47,627 bases of DNA from Elsinoe ampelina. Taxonomy: Eukaryota. Each line of letters opens with the position of its first letter. Position 1 is the first letter of the stretch. Below, piece after piece: positions 14,025 through 25,622 of the stretch. The stretch is taken from assembly GCA_010093995.1 (NCBI GenBank), contig ML992534.1, forward strand, positions 1 through 47,627, given 5' to 3'. The notes beneath the pieces were generated by a model, which was not told where the DNA came from, did not search any database, and was given only the letters and a program-made list of their open reading frames with translations. Made by a program: the position numbers and the translations under genes.

Positions 14025-17000
14025 ATGGTCTACGCTGGACCATCGGCGGCGACGCCCGACGCTCATTATGACAGCCAGAGGGAGCGCGAGTTCTACAGGT
14101 TCGCTCGGACTCCGGAGAAAACTCACTCACATCGAACCTACTGACACACCTCAGGTACTACGACCCTATACGAGCACTCTCCGCCTCTGGTCCTCGCTGG
14201 ACGAACCTGTACGACGAAGCTGCTGCTCGACAGCATCGGCCCTCGTCATGTCCAGATCTCTCCCTCACAGCCTTCTGCCAGCTCGGAGCACTCCGGCTAG
14301 GCGCGAGAAGATGCATGCTCTTCTTCTTCGACCGCACCAATGCATATGTCATGGCAGAGGCCACACGGACACTATCTCTTCACGACCATGACGTTCACGA
14401 ATCAGGGGATGGGCTTTGGCTGGGCTTTACGATTATACCTCGAGGTCTCTCGGTCTGCGAGCACACGGTCAACATGCCTCCTGGCGGCGACGACAAACCC
14501 GTGGAAGAGATAGGCGATACCAACTTGTTACACATCATCGAGGATATGCGAGGGAGCGAGAGGTTTTGTGACAGACCCTACGTCATTGATGGTCCTAAGG
14601 CTAGGTTCTACGCTGGGGTTCCTATAATCACACCTAGCGGCCTTCGGATAGGTGCATACTGCATACTGGACGACAAAGCCCGTGAAGGGCTCAACGAATC
14701 AGATGTCAAGTTCATGCTGGAAATGGGCAAGACTGTCATGGCCCATTTGGAGACCGTTCGGGAACGCGCGGAATTCGGCCGGGGTACTCGTATGCTCAAG
14801 GGATTGCGCTCTTTTGTACAGGAAGCTTCCAGCCGACGATCAGAAGATCCTGCAACTGGCAGTCTTGTTCGCTTCTCGCAGGATGAAGACCAGTATAGCA
14901 GCGACAACAGGAACAGATCAGGCTCAGATGGGCTAGCTCAGCAATTCCAAGATCAGATCACATTGACGAAGGCGACCCCTCCAACCTCGTCATTACCCTT
15001 CAGCAAGGAACCGTCCTCTCCTGGGTCACCTCTGGCATCTACAAAGTCAACTACCAATGCGGGACCAACTCCCGAATCAGGATTATTGGGCATGTCGATC
15101 GGCTCAGATGTGAACAGCGTCTTTAAAAACGCCGCCAATCTTGTCCGGGACGCAATGGATGCAGAGGGCTGCTTGTTCCTCGATGTGGTCTCGAATGCTC
15201 AAAAAGTTGCATCTGGCAAATACCTACATCGTCGGACGCTTTCAGAGCACTCGGGCGCTGCCACGGACACCGGCAGCGAGAATGGAGATGCTCTACCGCA
15301 AGGCGTGAATCCCAGCGGCTCAAACATTCTTGGCCAGTCTTACAGATCCTGCGCCGAACACGACAACATAGCTGGAGTAGTCCCGGCGACTACCCTGCAG
15401 CGTCTGCTGAGGAAGTATCCTCGTGGAAAGATATGGAATTTTAACTCGGACGGAGACATACTCTCAAGTGATCGGCTCACAGATACTCACGTCAAGCAGC
15501 CTTCTGCACTGGCAGTGGGTGACACTCGACGACGAAAGAAGCATCGCCACACTACAGCCGACGATGCTGCGGAGCTGCGTGCCATTTTTCCGGAAGTACG
15601 CAGCCTTTGCCTCGTAGGCCTGTGGGATCTCAAGGGTCAACGCTGGCGAGCCGGCGCGCTGGTGTGGTCTCTTTCGCCCGTACGTGTCTTCTCCGTCAAA
15701 GGAGAGCTTGGATTCGTGGTCGCGTTTGGAGAAGTCATTATGGCCGAGGTAGCAGCGCTGGAAGCAAAGCGTGAAGAGAAGAAGCGATCCGACTTTGTCT
15801 CATCCATCTCGCACGAGCTGCGATCGCCGTTGCACGGTATTCTCGGCAGTCTCGACATGTTGAATCAGGATCACCCCACGCTACAGCATTCCACTGACGT
15901 CAAGCAAATCGAAAGTTGCACACTGACCATGCTGGACTTGGTCGAGCATCTACTTTCTTATGCGGAATACCAGAGACGCTCGAAGCAGCGACGCCAGACC
16001 ATTGAAGGTTTGACGCAAGCCGACTCGGACGAATCTCAACCAGAACGACCACTGTCGCTCGATCTCTCGCCAGGCATCTCAATCGCGAAAGCTACAGAGG
16101 AGATCGCTGGTGTGCTCATGCATTCACATCAATGTGACAGTTCTCATGCCGGCGGCGAACGGACTGATATGGCGCTCGACATAGCTCTTGGCCCGAAATA
16201 CATCATCCGCGGCGGCGTTGGCGAATGGAAGCGACTCTGCAGTATTGTCATTGGTAATGCTTTGAAATTTACCGACAAGGGTCATGTATCTGTCTCGCTC
16301 AGGCTCTCTAAGAAACGCAAGCGATCTCTCGCCATCTTGACCATATCCGACACTGGATGTGGTATGTCTCAGGACTTTATCCACGATGGTCTATTCCGAG
16401 CTTTCCAGCAGGAAGATGGTCTCCGCACTGGTATGGGACTTGGTATGACTCTAGCCAGCAAGATCGTTCGCACACTCGGTGGCAGGATCCAGGTCAATAG
16501 CGAGCAGAACCAAGGCACCACTTTCCGCATCACCGTACCGGTAGAAACCAATATGCCAAACTCGGAGACTCCGGACGCTGCTTACACTCTGCGCGACTTG
16601 AAGATCAACGTCACTGACTTTGTGGCGCTCGGTACCAGTATTCGGCCTGAAGTGGTTGAGACTTTGAAACAGACATACGAACGCCTCGAAGCGCAACTGG
16701 TACCAGCCGCAGAGGCACAAGCCATTGTACTCTTCGACGATGAGTTGGATAACTTGCGGGCGCAGCAAGATTTTAACACGCCTCTGCTCACCAAGCCATT
16801 ACTGGTCCTCTGCCGAGATACGAAGGCGATACAGAAGTTCAGAGACGCCAAGCGAATACTGCCAAACCCGTATGTCGAGTATATCCCACAGCCATATGGG
16901 CCGAAACGACTCGCAGACGCAGTTCGACTATGCGCAAAGCATGAAAACGCCCCGATCAAGACACGATCAAACAGCACTACTTATCAAATTGAACGACGAA

Positions 17001-17668
17001 CATCACAGATAGACATTGACACATTGAATCCCGCATTTGCCAAGATGCACATTCCGGCGACAGAACCTGTGGCCATTGGGCCACAATCACCACAAAAGTA
17101 CACAGAACCCGGTGCACAGCAACAGCCTGACCAAGCACCCCAGATCGCATCTATCAAACAGGAAAGCATCACGATTACAGCGACTAGCATTGAACGACCA
17201 GAGACGACCCCAGCGGTACCAGCACCACCTGTCCCAGTCACACCTGCTCCCTCGAGTACCGAGCTCTGCCTCCTCCTTGTCGACGACAACCCTGTCAACC
17301 TCCGCCTACTCACCACCTACGCCTCGAAAAAGTCCCATCCCCACCTCACCGCCACGAACGGCAAAGAAGCGGTCGACGCGTACTCCAACGCCGTCATGCA
17401 CCCTGATTCTACATCTCCCAAGCCCGACGCCATTCTGCTTGACATCAACATGCCCGTCATGGATGGCTTTGAGGCCGCGCGCTGCATACGCAACCTGGAG
17501 TGCCTATACAACGTACCGGCCGCGAAGATCATTGCGTTGACGGGACTGGGGAGCGAGCAAGCTAGGCGGGAGGCGATGCAGAGTGGCATAGACATGTTTC
17601 TGACCAAGCCGGTGAGATTAAAGGAGTTGGCAGGGATTTTGGGCGGGGTGAAGAAGAGGGCAGCATGA
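14025..17668 (+). CDS. Fungal hybrid histidine kinase (GAF - HisKA - HATPase_c - receiver); exons 14025-14098, 14155-17668
   Basis: GAF-like region (LTAFCQLGALRL, RFYAGVPI), H-box SHELRSPLHGILG, N-box GNALKFT, G1 DTGCGMS, G2 GMGLGM, and receiver LLVDDN..LLDINMP..FLTKPV. The intron joins REREFYR/YY. Confidence 0.9.
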
Positions 17669-18630
17669 GGTTGGACAAAGAGGACGATGGAAGGTTTCAT
17701 GAATAGGTTGGCCTATGGGAAGGACGAAAGGATTGGATAGGAAAGCTGGTGTGAAAGCGGGTTAGGGAGCGGATTGCATGGCGCTGGAGGCATATATGTA
17801 TTGTGTACACAGAGATATGGAGATGAGATACCCTTGTAATGAATCTGATTGGACACGAGGCTGTGGCCAAAGCTGCAGTAACTTGATAGGAGTACAGTAG
17901 TAGTAAGATGAAGTGATCCCACTTGACTGCTCACCATCAACCAGACCGAGCACCAAATTGCCCAAGTGGCGAGTACTCACACATGCCAGACTGTATACCT
18001 GGACAAAACCAGTCACTGGCGACCAGTAATTGGCGGAACATTTCCTCCCCACGGAGGCAGGGGTCCTCTACACCCGAACCCTTCTTCTGATCTACAGACA
18101 GCAGAAGCTTGTCGGGACGAAGCCTCCGGGACCAAGACGTGTTTCCAAGAGCCTCGCCCACTCCCCACAGGTTCATCCGTACTTTCCGTAACTTGACCCT
18201 GACGTGTCAAATCTCCCTGGCGTCAAGGGCTTTCCGAGTATCCATAATCCAGCACGGGGTGGCGCAAGTGGGTGGAGAAAGAGACTCGTCGCTGTTCGGG
18301 CGCAGGCGCAGATTGCCGTTTTGACCACGGAATCGCATTTTGCGGGCGCTTGTTTCGCGGTCCCCGCTTTTGGTTCCCCTTGCATTTCGTTTTGTTCACC
18401 ACGCAATAACAATGCTCGTTGACGAGTCTGGTGGGTGAAAGGTTGTGTCAGCCTGTTGGTTTAGCGTGGTCCTGTCGGATCTGCGAGATGATGTTGAAAG
18501 GGATGAGGAGGAGCGTGCTCCGATGTTGGCTGGCTGGGAACAGGGTAGGTTGGTGACTTATAATGCTCTGAAGTCTGCTGTTGCAGAGGTGAGTGTGTTT
18601 CATCCCTGAAAAGTATCGGACGAGATCAGC

Positions 18631-20051
18631 ATGTATTCGTCTCTCGTCTTCCTCTCTGCTGTTGTGTCTGGAGCGGCTGCTCAGGCGGCGGTAGGAGCAT
18701 GGGGTCAGTGTGGTGGGAATGGGTGGACTGGTGGCACATCCTGTGTTAGCGGATACACCTGTGTGGTCAACAACCCGTACTATTCTCAATGTGTTCCTGG
18801 TGCCAACACTTTGACAACGTGAGTCGGTCAGAATTGACGCAATATAGCAGGCCTATACTGACGGTTCGCAGCACCACGAAGCCCCCTGCTAGTACGACAA
18901 CAAAGCCTCCTGCTAGCTCGAATACTACCAAGCCGCCTGTCTCCTCTACCACTAAGGCGACTTCAGCTGCTCCATCCCCCACAGGAGGCAGTGGTTCATC
19001 TTCCTTCGCCTCTGCCAGTGGCTCTCTCTTCAACATCGATGGCAAGAAGCAATACTTTGTCGGCACCAACTCATACTGGATCGGCTTCCTCGACAACAAC
19101 GATGACATCGACCTCGTCTTCTCCCACCTCCAGACCGCCGGCATCAAAGTCCTCCGCGTATGGGGCTTCAACGACGTGACCGCCCTGCCCAGCGGCAACA
19201 CCGTCTACTTCCAATCCTTCATCAATGGCGTCGCCAGCATCAACACCGGCACCAACGGCCTACAGCGCCTCGACTACGTCGTCAAATCCGCCGCCGCCCA
19301 TAATGTCAAACTCGTCATCAACTTCGTCAACAACTGGACAGACTACGGCGGAATGGCCGCCTACTTCTCCTACGCCGGCATCACCTCCAACGCGCAATGG
19401 TACGCTTCTGCCAAAGCCCAAGCCCAATACCAAGCCTACATCAAAGCCGTCGTGACGCGCTACGCCGACTCCCCCGCCGTCTTCGCCTGGGAACTCGCCA
19501 ACGAACCGCGCTGCAACGGCTGCGCGACCTCTGTCTTGACAAATTGGATCAAGACTACTTCAGCTTACATCAAGTCGCTCGACAGCAAACACATGGTCGC
19601 CATCGGCGACGAAGGCTTCGGTCTCACCGCCGGCAACGACGGTACCTACCCCTACACCTACGCCGAGGGCTCCGACTTTGAAGCCAACTGCAAGATCTCC
19701 ACCATCGACTATTGCACCTACCACCTATACCCTGAGTCGTGGAGCGTCTCCCCTGGTCTCGAGTGGGGAAATGCATGGGTGACTTCCCACGGCAAAGCCT
19801 GCGCTGCGGCCGGTAAGCCCTGTGTGCTTGAGGAGTTTGGGTACCATAACGATGCGGCGACCGAGTATAGTTGGCAGACGACGGCGTTGAATGATGTGAA
19901 CACTGGCGGGGATATGTTCTGGCAGTTGGGCGATACGTTGTCGTGGGGACAGACGCATCAGGATGGGAATACGATTTACGTGGGGGATAGCAATTGGCAG
20001 ACGGTCGTGGTGAAGCATGTCGCTGATGTGGTCAAGAAGGCGAGGTCGTAG
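18631..20051 (+). CDS. Secreted endo-beta-1,4-mannanase, N-terminal CBM1 + Ser/Thr/Pro linker + GH5 (subfamily 7-like); exons 18631-18818, 18872-20051
   Basis: Signal peptide, CBM1 [44 protein letters not shown], acid/base motif [10 protein letters not shown] and nucleophile motif CVLEEFG. Confidence 0.93.
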
Positions 20052-22206
20052 GTTGTGAGGTGATGGGGTGGTTCGTGGAGAGGGGTTCAGCTGTATATAT
20101 TGCATTCCATGAAAGGGGAGATTTGTCTGATGACTTGTGTCGAGATGAGAGACATGGCGCATGTCAGAACGGGGTCCGTTCTATTACCTCCTTCCATCAG
20201 TCCGTTGCATTGAAGGAGGCATGTCGCCGCGAATATCATCCTCGGAGAAACCAGTCATCCTCGGAAGAGTTCCGTGTCGTTCTAGTACCCCGATGCCTGA
20301 AGGACCAACCATCCAGGCAGAATGCTCGCCACGAGTTGTAGAGTCTGCTTTCCGGGACCATTGTTGTGGAATTCATGGTAGAGGACCCGCTCGTTACCAG
20401 CAGTCGACTTGTCAAGGACGGTGTTGCGGTACAATCATACTTGGCTGTCACAACGTAAGGTCTGATTTGATTGCTCCTTGATTAGCACATGTCTGGCCAC
20501 GCGGAGGAGATAACCGGTGACTAGGGACCTCATCATGTCGACGTAGCAGGTCTCCGGAATCCGGCCATGGGCGATGAGGTCGAAGTCGTTGCGCTAATGC
20601 AGGACCTTGGATCAGCTGATCACGGTCAACGTCTGCCGTTCTGACGAGGCTGAGCTGGAGCTGTTCCCGAATGCGAGTCGTTTGCCCTGGCCTCGCTTGG
20701 ATGCAGCCCTTCAAGCCATGCAGATCCTGGGAAAGGTGTGAGGTGGACACCGCAAGGATGGAAAAGACCTCCTCGGATGATGCGAATGGTGCTTTGTCCC
20801 TCGTTGATGGACGGATTGAAGAACAGATGTGAACCACCTGTTGCGCCCTCGATCTTTGCAGCCATAGAAACGAGCTTGTACACCAAAGCAATGCCACTGG
20901 AGTGCCCCAGCATGTACTACTAGGGACAACCTCTCGAAGTCCGAGCATCTTACAAGCTGCAAAGTAGCTGGTGGTTCTTCCCACCAAACTACCAGACAAA
21001 TCGTCTCCAGGACAGACTGACCATGATGCAATGATGATGTTACCTAGCAGTACCTGACACAGCTTCCTTGATTCGGGGGCTTACAAGCATGCAGCACATA
21101 CGGTAGGTACCTTCTACGATACCACCAGGTTTTCAGGCGACGCAAGAATGAGAAGACGTACTCTCGGCATCTCGTAATTTCGGAGATGCATACCGCTTCA
21201 TCCGTCTCGACTGTTGGCTACCAGGGCCAGAGTGCGATCAGAGTGAAGCACGTCTGATGGCCATGGTCGGTACAAAACGGCGTCGATGGCGGTCGCAGGT
21301 CAAAATTCCTGTCATGGCGGCAAATGTGCAAGGACAGTAGCACATGAAGACAGAGGCGAAGCATTTGTCCACGATGCTGCATTTCAGAAAGAGGTCCACC
21401 GCAGGTACGAGCAGATTTCGCGGCCTACGTCTCTGCAGAACAGCGCAGATGAGCAGATGTGGGTTTCTCAGCCGGCCATTCGACGACCTTAACAAAGTCC
21501 GTCGCTGTCAGAGCTGGTTCAAGATGTAAGCAGTTGTGGGCACCCGAACCATACAGCTGGTGGTTGTCTATATCATACTGCCAGATTTAATCGTGGTCGA
21601 GGCATGACTTTGTCACACGGTGCGTGGACATTCTGGTGGTGGTGATGTTTACCACTCCAGCCATCGCAAGCGTAGCCTGCGCGAGAAGGTGCCATTTGAT
21701 CCGACGTTATCGATCGTAGGACCGAGAGTAAGATAAGATGGGGTGGTCTGGATAGAGTCAGGACCTAGTAGTCGATGAAAATTATGTATCACCAAAGAAT
21801 GCCTAGTTTGGATGGGGAGGGGAATTGGATCAGCTGGTACTGGCAATGCGCCGCGAATTTGCGTGGGAAGCGATGGGATGAGTCCAGTGGATAAGAATTG
21901 GGCCGATCCGGAGTATCGTAGTTTCTGATGATAGGTCATTTTAAGGGTGAGGTTGATGTCAAGTCGCGATCAGACATACACATCCGCCAAGACACAGTCA
22001 CGTGCCTCCACCACTTCATCTGGTACTACACCTCACATCGTCCCACAACACTCAAATTGAAAGCAACGACAGCGAAGAACAGCTGAGCAGTATGTACACT
22101 CTCCATTTCGTCAAATATATACGTTGAATCGTCCCTCTCCCGCCATCTACGCGTCTCACCTTCCAGAGCCTCCTATACCTCTCCTATACCTCCCCTGATG
22201 CCCCCT

Positions 22207-23337
22207 CTAACCCCTGACGAGCGTGAGGCCGTAGGTGGACAAGATCTCGTTTACTGGCTGGTGATAGGTTGTACCTCCTGTTTGGCAGTTGCCGCTGCCA
22301 CCAGAGGTGACACCCTGGGCCTGAGAGCCAGAGTAGAAAGAACCTCCAGAGTCACCTGGCTCAGCGCAGACGCTTGTCCTCGTGAGGCCGGTGACGGCAC
22401 CCTGGGAGTAGTTGACGGTGGCACCGAGACCCTGGACCACACCGCAAGACACACCGGTGGTGGAACCGGAGCGGCACACGCTGGCACCTACGGCCGCGGC
22501 AGTGCTGCCGGCAACCGCAATGGTGGACTGGCCGTAGCGGTTGATGGTACCGCTGAGGGTGTTGCCGGTGCTGGTGCGGACGAAAGCCATGTCGGCGCTG
22601 CCGGGGAAGACGGAGCCGGAGAAAGTGCCGAGGGCGGCGCCGCCGGTGGTGGTGGCGCGGGCGGAGGCGCGACCGCAGTGGCCGGCGGTGACGAAGCCGG
22701 TGGTGACGGTGAAGCCGATGGAGCAGCGAGAGGCGCCGTTGATGAGGTATGCGACGCCGCCCTGGACGGTGGCGAGGGTGGTGGGCATCTCGGCGACCTC
22801 CTTGACGGTGAACTCGGCCTCGGTGAGACCGACCTGCTTGGCGAAGTCGGCGGCCTGGGTCTTGCTGGTGGAGAGGGCCTCGAGGACGACCTTGTTGGTG
22901 GCCACGTCGACGTACCATGAGGCGACACCCTGAGCTGGGGCGATGGCGCGGGAGTCGGCCTTGTTGATGACGAGGGCATCAAGGGCGGCCTTGGCCTCGG
23001 AGAGACGGTCGAGGCTGTTGGCGACGACGGAGGGGGTGGCACCAGCTGCGGTGATCTCGGCGGAGAGGGCCTCGTCGGTGACGGCGACGTTGATGGTCTG
23101 GCCGTCCTGGGCGACCCAGGCACCACCGAAGGAGGCACCGGTGGTGGTCTTGAGGTGCTCGATGACGTCGACGGCGCTGAGCTCGCGGGCAACACGGGCG
23201 GTGGCCTGCTCGGCATCGAGACCCAAGTCACGCTTCATGGCATCGAGGAGAGATGGGTGGAGGGTGGTGCCAGTGGGGGCGGCGTGGATGAGGGGAAGGA
23301 GCGCTACCAAGAGCGAGAGGTACTTGGAGGCACCCAT
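22207..23337 (-). CDS. Secreted S1 serine protease of the alpha-lytic protease/streptogrisin type with pro-domain
   Basis: Signal peptide, pro-region AMKRDLGL..WYVDVATNKVV, mature domain starting VQGGVAY..RCSIGF, and triad motifs TAGHC, ADMAFV and AEPGDSGGS. Intronless with very GC-rich codons. Confidence 0.93.
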   Translation of the reverse strand: MGASKYLSLLVALLPLIHAAPTGTTLHPSLLDAMKRDLGLDAEQATARVARELSAVDVIEHLKTTTGASFGGAWVAQDGQTINVAVTDEALSAEITAAGATPSVVANSLDRLSEAKAALDALVINKADSRAIAPAQGVASWYVDVATNKVVLEALSTSKTQAADFAKQVGLTEAEFTVKEVAEMPTTLATVQGGVAYLINGASRCSIGFTVTTGFVTAGHCGRASARATTTGGAALGTFSGSVFPGSADMAFVRTSTGNTLSGTINRYGQSTIAVAGSTAAAVGASVCRSGSTTGVSCGVVQGLGATVNYSQGAVTGLTRTSVCAEPGDSGGSFYSGSQAQGVTSGGSGNCQTGGTTYHQPVNEILSTYGLTLVRG

Positions 23338-25622
23338 GATGCTGGCGATTCAGTTGTTGTGGAAGATTGATGATGAGAATTGATCAGTCCAGGAGCTGGT
23401 GCTGTGACGAGATTGAACGAGGGCATGCTCGACTCTTTTATGTTCGTCCCAAACGTCGGTATGGGTGACCTCCATTTCCACTGCCCTTGGCATCAAAGAA
23501 CAGTCATAGCACAACGCCATTGGTGGCCACACTCCTCCTTCCCATTCCGCCCAACGCCGCTCTCCGCGTTTATCTTAGGTTTGAGCAGTATTGGCAGGAC
23601 GAGGACGTACAAGGTCATGCGTCAAGTTTACTGGACAGTCAGCTTCCAAGCACAGTTAAGCAGGCTGCATGATCACCACTTGCACCACGTCGCCTCCGAA
23701 GCGACCGGCTTATCACCCGCTCGAACCGTTCCTTCTATCTCTTGGCAGGCGGTGGAAGCTGTCCCTTCTACGCCCAATGTTTCGTTTTGACAGGTGTTGT
23801 GCCGGATTGCGTTACTACTAAGCTTTGGCTAAGATTGACCTGAAACGGAACATGCTAAGGGGGATCTGCACAGCGGAGATCCTTGGAGTCTCGACGCCAG
23901 TCGGTGACATGCTGGGCGTCAAATCTTGGAATGTCGGTGCGAGATGGGCAAGAGATTGGATGTCTTTGAGAGCATCTGCGTAACGCTCCGGCTTGAAGGA
24001 ACTCCGGAGCATACTTACCTCTTACAAGAAACTTACACATTGCGAGAGAGTGAGCCTCCTATCTCGTCTTCGTGTCCTGTCTTTCACGGTCTGCTGCAGC
24101 AGATATGCACACATGGACGAATGGCATTCACCTAGCAGTCTGCAGGTGAGGGCGCATCAAATTACCCTGCATCAGCCCCCAAGCATACCGCCAACCAATG
24201 GCGGGGAATTACTCGAAGCGAGGGAGCAGATCTCCTCGGCGCATGCCCAACTGGCGGGGTGATCGACAGGAACTGGGCTGCAGCCCGGACAGGATGCAGG
24301 TCAGGTGAGAGTCGAAGGCGGGATGCCAATTTGGGTGGATGTCGCCGTCGGCGGTGCCAAGGCCGCCGCGTCAGGGATCATGTGAGCTTGATAGGCCTTC
24401 ATCGGCACAGGTGCTCTGTTCCTGGATTAGCTTTGAGGAGCGCTACCAAGATAGCTCAGCGCATAGTTCCGGGCGCATTCGAAAGAGAAGGTATCATTGT
24501 TCTCTAGCTGATTAGTGCCGTTCTTCAGCTGCCGATGTGTGGAGGTACAGCTGGTCTTGGAAGTTGTAGCTGCCGAATCGCGTAAGGTGTGCAGGGCGGC
24601 GGCATATGCCCTGAGTCAGCCACTGCAGGTACTTTGAGACTGGTCAGATGCTATTACTGGTGAGTTGCAATCATGTTGATAATGTGTGTCGCACGAGGTT
24701 GATGATAAAGACATGCTTAAAAATTAGCTTGTCCAAAGAGGAAGTTGGGAATTGCAAGCTTGTCTGCAAATTGTTAGCACGTGCTCTAATGTGCAGACCG
24801 TCAAACCGATGACGAGGGCGCTTCAATTGTTCATTACCACATACGATACCCTGCCAGGGTTCACGTCGGCGCAGGAATGCTTCGAGAACAGCGGGAGATG
24901 ATGGCCTGGTAGATGTGATCGCATTGTGCCGGCTTAAAAGGTGACATTCGCGCTCTCTCAGCAAGCCACTGGACTCGATGTACTCTATCCGTGACGGCGG
25001 GATCGACCTGATAACCAGCGCGAGCGACCATTCGTGCCGATCATCAATTTATACCAGCAGTAGCGCTGCAACGCGAAATGAGGTCTTCATCTCTGTGCAT
25101 CGAGCCGGCTGTCGACTTTGATTTAAGCTTGACTTTGTGACGAGGTGCACCGATAGAGAGAACGGGGAGAGTCCGAGTCACAATCTCCGGGGAGGGGATG
25201 TACCCTGCATCTCTGTCGTTCTCTGTTCCGGTCACTGCGTGGTTTTCCCTGGTTGACTGGCGGGATTCGCCGTACCAATCGTCCGCGTCTCCCGTCAAAA
25301 ACTTGGAAGTGCTGTGATCGGCGACAACAAATCGCCAGCTAGATGATAGCGACCGTGGCAGCCTGTCACGGCCGTCTCCCCAACGACGAGTGTCGATGAG
25401 TGTCTCGTTGTAGGATGGACAAGGCAAGTTTGGTAGCCAATATGCTTTTTTCGAGTTCGTCGTGATAAGAGGAAAAACAAAGCAAACTTTCTGTTATGTC
25501 AATCTCGGGCGTCATGTGACATTGTCATCGTTTGCCTCGGTACAGTCTTTTGCAAACAAATTCACCTTGTGTGCTTATCATCTGAAGCTCTATGACATTC
25601 ATATACTCTCTGATCTACCAAT

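Noticed and set aside
20100..22150. 183-aa minus-strand ORF (20448-20999) and neighbouring short ORFs
   Set aside because: No recognisable domain, coding bias or consistent splice model. It could be a very old relic, but I cannot support that without a search.
22198..23231. Several 130-250-aa overlapping ORFs across the S1 protease
   Set aside because: Low-complexity alternative frames that stay open because of high GC content.
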